Shown: positions 1-9,027 of the stretch, piece by piece | Position numbering within the stretch: the stretch's first letter is position 1 | Layout: the number at the start of each line of letters is the position of its first letter | Source of the DNA: a virus | DNA: 64,000 nt | Reading direction: 5' to 3' (one strand) | IMG/VR virus record: IMGVR_UViG_3300023276_001086 | Location: 1 to 64,000 of that record | Made by a program: the position numbers and the translations under genes | Notes under the pieces: generated by a model | Seen by the model: only the letters and a program-made list of their open reading frames with translations | Database searches by the model: none | Told to the model about the DNA's origin: nothing

Positions 1-3000
1 GGGGATATAATCCTCCGTGTCGCCAATCTTCACCCTAAAGCCGCCAGCTGGATCCTTTTTGACACGCTTGATCTTCCCGCTCGAGGTGGCGAGGGTCGCT
101 GATCCCTTGACCTTCTTCTTGAGATAGAGGAGTTCGGTGGCTCGATTGAGACCACCAGATGTCAACGACTTTTCGCCCTTACCCTCATAGACACCGCCAG
201 AGTGGAATGCCTTCATAGCCAACTGAGTGCCGCGTTCTCCCAAGGCCTGAGCCGCCAGAACACCCACATTGGTCCCCTTGTCGGGAAGCTGCCCAGTCTC
301 ATCGAGCCCCATGCACTTCGCGCACACACCCTTCGGGTGACTGCAACGCATCGGGGAGCGGACTACGACCTTGGCCGTCGTCTTACTGTTCTTGATCTTC
401 GTGAGCATGTCGGGGGTCATCATGGTGCCAGAGGGGATCTTCTTCCCACGCCCCAAGTTGACATCAGCTGTCGTAAATCTTCCGACCACGTCTGGCTCGT
501 CCACGGAGAGATTGATACCACGCTCGGTACCGCAATCGTTCCTATCGACCACAGTGTCGATAACGCTGTTGGTCATCATCTTGGTGAGGTAGCCCGGCTC
601 ACTAACCGATTGAACTTTCTGGACAATACCCTTACGGCCGCCGCTGGTGGACGACCAATAACTCGTAGTGTCTAACCCCTCAGAGTAAGACTTACCCACA
701 GGGTTGGGGATGACGTCGCCTTTACCGTCGACGAACAGGACAGGGGCGGCGGTGAGCTGACGATAACCGTTACCCTTGACTCCCGCTGCGACCTGGAGCA
801 CATCCAAATTCGTATTCAGCTTCTTGGCCTTGTTCTTGACGCCTACTTCCATCTTGTCCATAGCGTCGCCATAGACATCCACAATCTTTTGGGCATCGGC
901 CGGCTTGTTAGCATCCAGCTTCGCAACTTTGGACGCAGCCGCCCGTAGAATAGGATCTCGCACATCCTTGTGTGTCTTGAAATCCTCGAGACCGAAGCTG
1001 AAACCCTCAGTAGATGCTGTCTCGTTGCCGAGCTCTTTCATGGCGTTGGCCATGTCGGGGTACGCCTTCGGATCAGCCCTGGCGACCTGTTGGAATAATT
1101 TGCCCTGCTCCTTCTTGGTGAGCTGGAACTTGAGATCCTTCAGGATAGGACCACCCTGCAAAGACTTCGGCAGTGTCTTGTCCACTCGAGCTCGACCGAG
1201 CGTAGTCTTGACACCCCCCACCTTCACGACGTCGGTGAGCTTCACGTCACTGGCATTGAATGCCTTCTCGAGAGCGGCCTGGTCCTTGAAATTCTTGCTC
1301 GTAGCCTTGCCCGTCTGTGCCGCCATGAACAGGCCAACCTGCTGCTCGTGGCTGGGTGTGTACATGACACCGTGGCTAGCCGGACTGAATAGGTTCTTCG
1401 AGGGGTACATCCCCTCGGCCTCCTTGATGGCGTCCTGACTTATTGGAACGAAGGCGCTCATGGTGTCGCCGTCGAAGTCAGCGTTGTACCCAGAACACAC
1501 CAACGGATGGATCTTGATGGCCTTGCCCTCAGTGAGCTTTGGCTTGAAGGCCTGAATGCCATACTTATGCAACACAGGGTCGCGCTTGAGGATGAGCGGA
1601 CGTTCGGCAACCACTCGATCAAGTGCCTTACGCGCCAACGGATCATCCTCCTCAATCATCTGCTTGGCTTGGAGCGGGGTGGCACCCGCAATACCACGAA
1701 GCTCTTTGACGATGAAGGGTTTGTACATTTCTTTGGCGGCCTTGCGCGGGATGGCCGCCTCATCGAGAGACATGCCAGGATCCGGAACGATAGTAGAACG
1801 GGCCGTCATGTCTTGCTTCCGCTTGATCAGTACGCTCTGAGCAAACCCATCCTTCGGTCCGTTCTTACCTGCGATGGTGTCGAGGATACCGGGGTGCTTC
1901 TTGTTCAGCGTTCCGCCAATGCCAGTCAGCGCCTTGAGGTGGTCATAGGTACTGGCGGCGATGGGGGCCTTCATAGAGTCGGGCGTGCCCTTGGGAAACT
2001 CACCCATCTTCTTGTTGACGATCCCGAGTCCCTTGTAGAGCTCGTTGAGGTCATCAGTCTGGAGGGAGCCATCCTCCATCACTGAGATAGGTCTCATCGA
2101 AGGGGGTAGTACGGGCACGTTCTGCGTCATGTACGCGTCACGTGGACTCATCTTGAGCTTCTTCAGGTTTCGGAGATACTTGATCTTCCGACGAGACTCA
2201 CTCTGCGCTTGACCCTTCAGCCCCTTGATTCGCTTCTCCTCCTTTGCCAAATCCTTACCGACGTCAATCTTATCCAGCATCACACCAACGGCCTTCGGAC
2301 CGTAAGTTACTCCCTTGACCCCAGAGCCGGTAACGATCTGACCATCCTTATCAACGCCGTCCTCCCCATCGATCAACCTACCGAACTGAGGCCCGCGAAT
2401 GCCGGACAGATTCATCACAGCCTTCTCAAACAACGGGTTCGGCATAGGCTCACTGAGCTTGATGTGGCTCCACTTCTTGCCATCCATCCCGCCAGTGATC
2501 TTCTCGTCGAACAGGCCGCCCTTCTCCGGCTTGAGCGTCCGCATCTTCAAAATGCGCCCAGCATCCTTGAGCTCACCCTCGCTCATGTCCTTGACCTGAG
2601 AGTCGAGAAGCGGCACCAAATTGAGACTGTTGCCATCCTTCTTCACGTCAACGCCCATGGCGTTGAGGTAACCGTTGAACTTCTGGTAGGCGAAGGTGGT
2701 CTTCGGAGGCGGCAAGACCTCACCGGCCTGGAGAGCCCCCCAAAGCTCATCCTTCTCCCCGCCTTGAGCCTTGTCTGACTTCGTGACCTGCATCTCCCGC
2801 AGGTTCGCCTTCGCACCATGGGCGAGCATGGCATAGACACCGAGAGACCCAAGAGCCTGCGCTCCGTGTTTCCCGCCCCCTCGGGGGACCAGGTTGTGGT
2901 CGTAAGCATCCCGATCTCTGGAGGCCATCTTCTTGCCGACTTGGTGCTCCATCTTGAGGATGTACTGGTGACCCGTCTGAATATTGGGGATGATCTTGCC

Positions 3001-5613
3001 AGTACTCGGATCGACCAAGTCCTCCTTGTCCTTGATACCGGCTTTCTTGAGAGCAGCCCCCACGTGCTCGAGGTTATTGTCGTGGGCAAAGTTTTCGATG
3101 ACGAAGGGTTTGCCTTCTTTTCGGGCCACCTTAGATGCTGCGGTCTCCAAGACCTGACCCACGTTCATACGACCGGGCGTGCCGATGGGATTCAGTAGAA
3201 TCTCCATGGGCTTACCCTTCTTGGTGTGCGGCATCTCGTGGTCAGGCAAGATACCAGTCACGATACCCTTGTTCCCGTGACGGCCGACGAGCTTGTCACC
3301 CACCTCCATGGGCTCGAGCGTTTTGACGTGGACCTCTACCTTCTTACCCTGTCGGTTGATCTCGACAACTTCCCCCTCGAAATCCTCCTCCCAGGTGACG
3401 GCCTTGTCCTTCTTTGGCTTGACCAAACTCTTGTGGAGCAAACGAAGCTTCTGTTGTTCCGTAGTAAGCTGCTGATCGGCTAGTGCTGCAACAAGGGTGT
3501 CGCCAGGCTTGACCTTCTGCCCCACCTGGACGATCCCACCGTCATCGAGCTTGTCGAACTGCTCCTTGTTCATCCGATCGGGGTAGTAGGCCTGGTACTT
3601 CTTCTTACCGTCGAGCGTTGCCTCCCTAGTGGAGAGCCCCTTCTTGTGCATGTGCTCACTGGTGAGCTTACCGGCGGCCGTCTCACTGATGACCACACCG
3701 TCTTCAAAGTTGAGACCCTTCCACGGGGTGTACCCAACTCGGAGGTTCTTACCGGGAGCGTAGACGCCGCCCTTGGTGAAGTTCGTATCCGCAATCAGCT
3801 GACCCTTCTTGACCACGTCACCCTTCTTGACGGTTGGCTTACTGTGGATGAACCCTTTCTTGTCGTTGAGCGGGTAGTTGTTGTAGAGAGGGACGTCGGT
3901 CTTTTTCCTGCCCTCTTGAATCGTCATCGAGTCCGCGCCAACCCGAGTCACTTTGCCTGCGACGGGGGTGTGGTGGGATGAGAACCCACCAACACGCTCA
4001 TCGAATGTCTTCTCCCCGAGTGTAGACTGCACCAGTGGGGGCTCACCATCCTTGAGCGGAATGGCTTGCTCCATGTGACGACCAGCCATGGTCGCCCGGT
4101 TCGGAGAATCGGAATTGAGGAATGGCACCATGTTGGTGGCCAAGGAGAACATCTGACTCGACTTCGGCACGACGTACTGGACATCGCTCATCTTGACCGG
4201 GCGCATCTCGTTACCCGGAGTGCTGGCCAGAACCTTACTTCCCTTTTTGGGAACATACTTCCCCGCCACGCGCTGCACCGCGTCAGGCAAGGCCACCGTC
4301 GAGTCATGAACCTTGGCGGTGTCCACCATCTCACGCTTGCCGGTCTTCACGTTGATGAGGGGTATGCGGATCTTCTTCCCCTTCTTTTGCGCCCCCAACG
4401 ACATCTGGAGAGAGATGCCGGTACCGGAACCCTCCGGAGTGTGGAGCGGGTCAAGGACTGCGAAGTGTGATGGGTCGACGAGCTTCGCCTCCTCAGTGAT
4501 GCGGTTAGCGTCTGCCACACCGCCCTCACCCGCAATGGTGGTACGCATTTGACCACTGATCATCTTCAGGGGATTGGTCTGCGTTGGTGTGTTCGCCAAC
4601 GACACCTTGCCGAAGAACTCTTTGATCGGACGGTTGAAGGTATCAGGAGAGACGATCTCCTTGATTGTGTCCCGGCGGTCGAGGTTGTTGCCGATACGCC
4701 GTTGGATGGTCTGCTGGTGACCCGTAATGCGCTCGCTGACGAAGTCTTCTACGCCGTGGAACTCCTTGAACATGAGCGAGTCCCGGACGTCCTGCTTCTC
4801 AGTACCCCGAGCTACACCGAGCAACCTACTCGAGCTCCGAAGAAGGGCGTCCTGACTGATGTGATCGATAGGCTTACCGAGCGTCCGCTCAGTAACATCC
4901 GGACTGAGCTTGGAGTCTTTGAAGTTCTGCTGAATGAGAGCGGCGGCCTGCTCATAGTCTTCGACCTCAGCCCGCGGGTCCAGGCGCTTGGCAAAGTCGA
5001 TGGCGACCTTCTCGTGCTTGACAGGACGACCGCGACTGTCTGTTTTGTTGGCCTCGAGGATGTCCTTGCCCCAGGTCCGCTCGAGTGTGTCGTCGCTGAT
5101 GCCCATCGCCTTCATGATTGGGTACATCGGAGGCTTGGATCCGCCGTGGGCGGCTTTGAACTTCCGCGTTTTGGGGTCAAACCCCACGTGCAACGGGCGC
5201 CCTTTGATGTTGAAGAACGAGTCAAGCTCCCCGTTCGCCTTGACCTTGGTGTAAACACCGGGCTTGAGGCGCCACTGGTTGTCCACCTGGAACTCTGATC
5301 CATCGACGATGTAGGAGTAGCGGTTGGTCACCTTAGGAAGGGTGGCCACCTTCTGCCGCTTCTTCTCGATGACCTTCCCAGTCTTCGTATCCTTCAAGAC
5401 CATCGTGGCGTGGATAGGCACACCCCAGGTACGCCCACCCAGCTTGGCCTTCTTCTGTGACGTGTAATCGGCCGAACTCTGCTTATCGGCAATCTCCACA
5501 TCCTCGATCTCGAGGGTGTGCTTATCGCCGACTTGGGGGAAGCTATCCTTGATCGACTCTTGTACGTTTTCTTTGAGCGCTGAGAAGCTTTCCTTGGGGT
5601 CCAGTCTCGACAC
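1..5613 (-). CDS. rpoBC: Phage-encoded single-chain (fused beta-beta') multisubunit-type RNA polymerase, 3'-partial (>1870 aa)
   Basis: Manual translation from GTG at 5613 (GGAGG RBS upstream). Beta motifs YIVDGSEFQVDNQWRLKPGVY, QTNPL...GEGG, HTPEG, GDKLVGRHGNKG and LLNPIGTPGRMNVGQ run in the same frame into beta' motifs RTLKPEKGGLF, KRDPVLH, NADFDGD (1465-1485), bridge helix GRKGIVQKVQSVSEPGYLT and trigger loop GERGTQLAMKAFHSGG. No stop seen; absence from the ORF track fits an ORF running off the edge. Confidence 0.95.
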   Translation of the reverse strand, partial: MSRLDPKESFSALKENVQESIKDSFPQVGDKHTLEIEDVEIADKQSSADYTSQKKAKLGGRTWGVPIHATMVLKDTKTGKVIEKKRQKVATLPKVTNRYSYIVDGSEFQVDNQWRLKPGVYTKVKANGELDSFFNIKGRPLHVGFDPKTRKFKAAHGGSKPPMYPIMKAMGISDDTLERTWGKDILEANKTDSRGRPVKHEKVAIDFAKRLDPRAEVEDYEQAAALIQQNFKDSKLSPDVTERTLGKPIDHISQDALLRSSSRLLGVARGTEKQDVRDSLMFKEFHGVEDFVSERITGHQQTIQRRIGNNLDRRDTIKEIVSPDTFNRPIKEFFGKVSLANTPTQTNPLKMISGQMRTTIAGEGGVADANRITEEAKLVDPSHFAVLDPLHTPEGSGTGISLQMSLGAQKKGKKIRIPLINVKTGKREMVDTAKVHDSTVALPDAVQRVAGKYVPKKGSKVLASTPGNEMRPVKMSDVQYVVPKSSQMFSLATNMVPFLNSDSPNRATMAGRHMEQAIPLKDGEPPLVQSTLGEKTFDERVGGFSSHHTPVAGKVTRVGADSMTIQEGRKKTDVPLYNNYPLNDKKGFIHSKPTVKKGDVVKKGQLIADTNFTKGGVYAPGKNLRVGYTPWKGLNFEDGVVISETAAGKLTSEHMHKKGLSTREATLDGKKKYQAYYPDRMNKEQFDKLDDGGIVQVGQKVKPGDTLVAALADQQLTTEQQKLRLLHKSLVKPKKDKAVTWEEDFEGEVVEINRQGKKVEVHVKTLEPMEVGDKLVGRHGNKGIVTGILPDHEMPHTKKGKPMEILLNPIGTPGRMNVGQVLETAASKVARKEGKPFVIENFAHDNNLEHVGAALKKAGIKDKEDLVDPSTGKIIPNIQTGHQYILKMEHQVGKKMASRDRDAYDHNLVPRGGGKHGAQALGSLGVYAMLAHGAKANLREMQVTKSDKAQGGEKDELWGALQAGEVLPPPKTTFAYQKFNGYLNAMGVDVKKDGNSLNLVPLLDSQVKDMSEGELKDAGRILKMRTLKPEKGGLFDEKITGGMDGKKWSHIKLSEPMPNPLFEKAVMNLSGIRGPQFGRLIDGEDGVDKDGQIVTGSGVKGVTYGPKAVGVMLDKIDVGKDLAKEEKRIKGLKGQAQSESRRKIKYLRNLKKLKMSPRDAYMTQNVPVLPPSMRPISVMEDGSLQTDDLNELYKGLGIVNKKMGEFPKGTPDSMKAPIAASTYDHLKALTGIGGTLNKKHPGILDTIAGKNGPKDGFAQSVLIKRKQDMTARSTIVPDPGMSLDEAAIPRKAAKEMYKPFIVKELRGIAGATPLQAKQMIEEDDPLARKALDRVVAERPLILKRDPVLHKYGIQAFKPKLTEGKAIKIHPLVCSGYNADFDGDTMSAFVPISQDAIKEAEGMYPSKNLFSPASHGVMYTPSHEQQVGLFMAAQTGKATSKNFKDQAALEKAFNASDVKLTDVVKVGGVKTTLGRARVDKTLPKSLQGGPILKDLKFQLTKKEQGKLFQQVARADPKAYPDMANAMKELGNETASTEGFSFGLEDFKTHKDVRDPILRAAASKVAKLDANKPADAQKIVDVYGDAMDKMEVGVKNKAKKLNTNLDVLQVAAGVKGNGYRQLTAAPVLFVDGKGDVIPNPVGKSYSEGLDTTSYWSSTSGGRKGIVQKVQSVSEPGYLTKMMTNSVIDTVVDRNDCGTERGINLSVDEPDVVGRFTTADVNLGRGKKIPSGTMMTPDMLTKIKNSKTTAKVVVRSPMRCSHPKGVCAKCMGLDETGQLPDKGTNVGVLAAQALGERGTQLAMKAFHSGGVYEGKGEKSLTSGGLNRATELLYLKKKVKGSATLATSSGKIKRVKKDPAGGFRVKIGDTEDYIP

Positions 5614-5660
5614 ATGCCCTCCATCATTGAGGAATCTAAGTTCCTCTCGGAGCCAGGATC

Positions 5661-5669
5661 ACTGTACCA
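5661..5669 (-). promoter_or_regulatory. Putative extended -10 promoter (TGGTACAGT) upstream of the RNAP gene
   Basis: TGn-TACAGT about 48 nt upstream of the GTG start; similar TGGTAnAnT elements at 12528-12536 and 29390-29398. Confidence 0.4.
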
Positions 5670-5695
5670 GGACCGTGCAAGAGGGACAACTAGAC

Positions 5696-5705
5696 TGGGT
5701 ATAAG
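5696..5705 (+). promoter_or_regulatory. GGTATAAG promoter-like motif, copy 1
   Basis: TGGGTATAAG in an intergenic position; same core at 12572 and 29187, each heading a plus-strand unit. Confidence 0.55.
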
Positions 5706-5749
5706 ACCCTTGAAGGTCGGACAATTTAGCCCCCGGCCACGGAGACCCG

Positions 5750-5881
5750 ATGGAGCCCAAGTTTAGAAATGTGGACCCAAGCAAGTGCACAATCCGAGCG
5801 GGAGGCGGCGACGACGACGACGATCCCTGTGATGACCTAGATACGGGGATTGACGAGGATCTTTACCGGAGTCCTCGCTGA
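5750..5881 (+). CDS. Small acidic peptide (43 aa), hypothetical
   Basis: GGAG RBS then ATG; MEPKFRNVDPSKCTIRAGGGDDDDDPCDDLDTGIDEDLYRSPR; downstream of the GGTATAAG motif; below the ORF-track cutoff. Confidence 0.4.
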   Translation: MEPKFRNVDPSKCTIRAGGGDDDDDPCDDLDTGIDEDLYRSPR

Positions 5882-6011
5882 AGATTCTCCTGCTGGCGGC
5901 ACTGATCAGCTTTGCTGTGAACGTGACTCGCCAGCCAGGAGACTGGCTGTTTGAGGGTGAGGAACCTCGACGGCCACAAAGACCGGCGTGGTACTGATCA
6001 CGCCGGTCGAC

Positions 6012-6065
6012 GGGTGAGGCGACTTGGGATTCTCCCAGGTCGTCTCGCCCACTCTTTCTTAGCTG
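6012..6065 (+). terminator. Long hairpin plus T-rich tail, putative intrinsic terminator
   Basis: 18-bp stem gggtgaggcgacttggga/tcccaggtcgtctcgccc with G-U pairs that form only on the plus strand, followed by actctttcttagct. Confidence 0.65.
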
Positions 6066-6069
6066 GGTA

Positions 6070-7941
6070 TCAGATGAGGGCGGCGTCGCGACGAGGAGGC
6101 TTCTGTTCGGGGAGCGGCTTGCCCGCGGACCCTTGCTGGGCTTGCGGCTGCGGGTTGAGCTGCTGCTGGATCTGCTGTGCAAGCTGGCCATTCTGTGCCG
6201 CGATACGTTGAATCACCTGCTGCTGGGCACCAGGCTCAAGAGCACGAATACGCTGGACCATCTGCTGGAACTGACCGCCCGGTTCCGGGACTGGCCCAGG
6301 AGACACGCCCTGTTCCCCGGCACCCTCACCGGGTTCGCCTGGGGCAGTGCCGTGCTTACCTTGCTGGGCCTGCTGCTGTTCACGAGCCATGACCATCTGC
6401 GCCTTAGCCTGCCACTTCGCTTGCTCGACCTGAGCCTTGCCGCCGATACGGGCCTCGGCCATCTGCTGCTCCTCGACACCCTCGAGACGGCGCTTGACCT
6501 CCTTACGGAGAAGATCATCCTCCTCTTCGGGATTGAAGTCCGAATCCTGGAGCAGCGTGGTGTCGCTGATGAGCTTGGCCTGGTTCATCTGGAACAGGTA
6601 CGCCTTGCGCTGGAGGTCATCTGCCATCTTGAAGGGCTTGAACCTGACATCGATCTCAGGCCAGTCCAAATGAGCTGCCGTGCGCCGAATGATGAAGTAC
6701 CGGATCATCCGCTGCAAACCCGAGACGTAGCGAAGGAAGGTGTTCTCCAGCATCCGAAGGCTGACGTTGGAACCGGACCAGGATAGGCCGCCGAAGATGA
6801 GCTCAGGCGGACAACCCATCCCAGCGATGATGGTATCGGCCACTTGACGCATCTCAGCATTGAGAAGCAGAGCTCGCCCGTCACCACCAATGGTCTGGTG
6901 CTGAACCGGGATGGGCATAACCGGCATGTAGAGCGGGTCTCGCCGCCACTTCATGATCTCGCCCATGGTGTGGTTACGCCAGTCCGCCAGGTTGACGAGC
7001 TCGTAGGGGTTGGCCCCAGGAGCCGACATCCCAGGTGAGAGAATGTTCATCGGGAGCATTCGCTCGAGCAGAACAGCCTCTTGGCTCTTTTTCATGAGCT
7101 GGAGGTAGAAGGTGTCCTTGAGCACCGGCATGATCATTGGAGTGCCCCAGCCGCGGTTCAGTTTCCCCGTAAGGATAGAAGGGCGGCGGAGGTGATAGAC
7201 GTTGTCCGGATCGAGGACCACGGCCTTCTGCTTCTTGACCGCATCGATGAACACCTGCGGAGAACGATCGACGACCTCCCGCTTGCCGACCATGATGGCA
7301 TTCTTGACGTGCCCAGGCAGTGAGTAGAAGTAGGTAGTCTCGGCGGTGAGCTCGTTGTAGCGGATGTCGATGTCCTCTGGGTTCCAGAGAATAAGTCGGG
7401 TGTTGTGCGGGGTCTTGAGGAACTGATCACGGACCTCGGCGTCCCCATCATGACCGCAGTGCGAGCACTTCAGGTAAAACTTGCAGCTCCGGAAGGTGTA
7501 CTTTGCCTTCGTAGCCTGGACCTCACCCTTGCACTTCTCACACTTCAGCCACTTGATGAACGGGTGGGACAACGAAATGATCGCGTTCCCGTAGCACATA
7601 TAGAAGAGCCCAATGTCGACGAGCGCCGAACGAAGATAGAGGTCGCGCTCGAAATAGTTCTCCCACTTACTCTTCAGCCCCGCGCTATCCGTATCGAGCA
7701 CGATGTCGGTGATCGGATACTCGGCCATCTTGTTGACGACCGTCGCGATCAGTGCGTTGGTGAGGTAGTAAAACCTGCACCACTGGAACATCTGCTTGAC
7801 GGTGCCGGGAAGATAGGTATGGGCCAGGTCAAAGAACGGATTGGGGTAGGAAATACCCTCCGCACTAGCTGTCCCGCCAATTCTTCCACGAAGCCTAGAG
7901 CTTCGGACATTGCTTGTTGGGGCTCCGCCATAGTTGAACAT
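6070..7941 (-). CDS. Probable portal protein with zinc-ribbon insertion
   Basis: 623 aa; portal-like layout (N-terminal helices, GWGTPMI, GCPPELIFG, VRFKPF, coiled-coil Q-rich C-terminus); CEKC/CSHC insertion; head-gene context. Confidence 0.6.
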   Translation of the reverse strand: MFNYGGAPTSNVRSSRLRGRIGGTASAEGISYPNPFFDLAHTYLPGTVKQMFQWCRFYYLTNALIATVVNKMAEYPITDIVLDTDSAGLKSKWENYFERDLYLRSALVDIGLFYMCYGNAIISLSHPFIKWLKCEKCKGEVQATKAKYTFRSCKFYLKCSHCGHDGDAEVRDQFLKTPHNTRLILWNPEDIDIRYNELTAETTYFYSLPGHVKNAIMVGKREVVDRSPQVFIDAVKKQKAVVLDPDNVYHLRRPSILTGKLNRGWGTPMIMPVLKDTFYLQLMKKSQEAVLLERMLPMNILSPGMSAPGANPYELVNLADWRNHTMGEIMKWRRDPLYMPVMPIPVQHQTIGGDGRALLLNAEMRQVADTIIAGMGCPPELIFGGLSWSGSNVSLRMLENTFLRYVSGLQRMIRYFIIRRTAAHLDWPEIDVRFKPFKMADDLQRKAYLFQMNQAKLISDTTLLQDSDFNPEEEDDLLRKEVKRRLEGVEEQQMAEARIGGKAQVEQAKWQAKAQMVMAREQQQAQQGKHGTAPGEPGEGAGEQGVSPGPVPEPGGQFQQMVQRIRALEPGAQQQVIQRIAAQNGQLAQQIQQQLNPQPQAQQGSAGKPLPEQKPPRRDAALI

Positions 7942-9027
7942 TTAGCCCACCACCTGCCCAACTTGCCCAGCCTGTTGAGTCGCCTGCCTAGCTAGCACAC
8001 CAACTGGCTGACCGTACTGTTGGGTCACCTGCCGGTACCTTGAAGCGGTAGACGGGGGCTGCTGAGGTTGCTGGGGCTGCTGCCCAGAACCGCCGCCAAT
8101 TACCTTGCCAGCCAAAGCCGAAATTCCAGTTCCAACGCCCATGGCCGCCGCTATGGGAAGACCACCAGCAAGTGAGTACCCAGCCGAGTCAACAACACCC
8201 CGAACCGCAGGTCGCCAATCCTTTTGCTGAACACCCTCTACCACACCGGGCGCAGCAAATGCCAACGGCAAACCCACACCCATCGCCAACCCGGGAGCAG
8301 TCAAGTTTGTCTTGGCGATATTGACTCGACCAAGCTGCTTCCCCGACGCACCTCGCCCAGTGGCGTAACCCTTGGCCACACCAGGGACCGAGGTCATGCC
8401 TTCTTCAGCAAGTAGTCTCTGTGAACGCTGGGCGGCAATTCGCCTGTTGAGCAGGGCACCGCGTAGATCAGACCTCTCCCACTTCTTACCGACACCTGTC
8501 TCAGAAAATCGCTGCGAAAGGCTGTCTCCCCCAAAGAACCCCTCTTCACCCTTCCGCTTCTTAGCGATAGTGTCCCTGATATTATCTAGCGCCTTCTTTT
8601 TGTCGGTAACGTGTGCGTCTGGAATTTTCCAACCAATTCCCTTGAGCGCCTTGACTCGCGCTTCTTGGCTAGTGCCCCCGGGAGCGGCCTTGAGATTCTG
8701 CCCGCGCCACCCCTGTCCCGGTAGGTAACCAGTAGCTCCGTGCAGCTGCCGCTGACCGAACTGCTTGATCTGGATACGGCCGGCCTTAGTCGCAGCCTGC
8801 CCACCGGCAAGACCAGCAAGACCGCCAACAATGCCACCTTTTACGGCGCCCTCAAATTTTTTATCTGGTGCTGCTCGAGAGTACCCAGTAGCCCCGCCGA
8901 CAGCGGTACCAAGACCGGCGCCGACCCATCGACCCATACTGGCCGATACAGGTGCAATAGCTATCTTTTCCATCTCGTCGAGTTGAGCGTCGATAAATGC
9001 GAGATCAGCGCTGTAGTTTCCTGCCAT
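7942..9027 (-). CDS. Glycine-zipper, basic protein with N-terminal LDEMEKIA motif; possible internal virion/ejection protein
   Basis: 361 aa; GxxxG-rich hydrophobic segments; motif shared with the 30-32 kb leader family. Confidence 0.6.
   Translation of the reverse strand: MAGNYSADLAFIDAQLDEMEKIAIAPVSASMGRWVGAGLGTAVGGATGYSRAAPDKKFEGAVKGGIVGGLAGLAGGQAATKAGRIQIKQFGQRQLHGATGYLPGQGWRGQNLKAAPGGTSQEARVKALKGIGWKIPDAHVTDKKKALDNIRDTIAKKRKGEEGFFGGDSLSQRFSETGVGKKWERSDLRGALLNRRIAAQRSQRLLAEEGMTSVPGVAKGYATGRGASGKQLGRVNIAKTNLTAPGLAMGVGLPLAFAAPGVVEGVQQKDWRPAVRGVVDSAGYSLAGGLPIAAAMGVGTGISALAGKVIGGGSGQQPQQPQQPPSTASRYRQVTQQYGQPVGVLARQATQQAGQVGQVVG

Noticed and set aside
1-5613. Host rpoBC locus or chimeric assembly
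   Set aside because: No rplL or other ribosomal-protein neighbours; strongly diverged; directly adjacent to phage head genes with similar composition.
202-5704. Many ORF-track entries overlapping the RNAP gene
   Set aside because: Shadow or off-frame ORFs of the long minus-strand rpoBC frame; no recognisable motifs.
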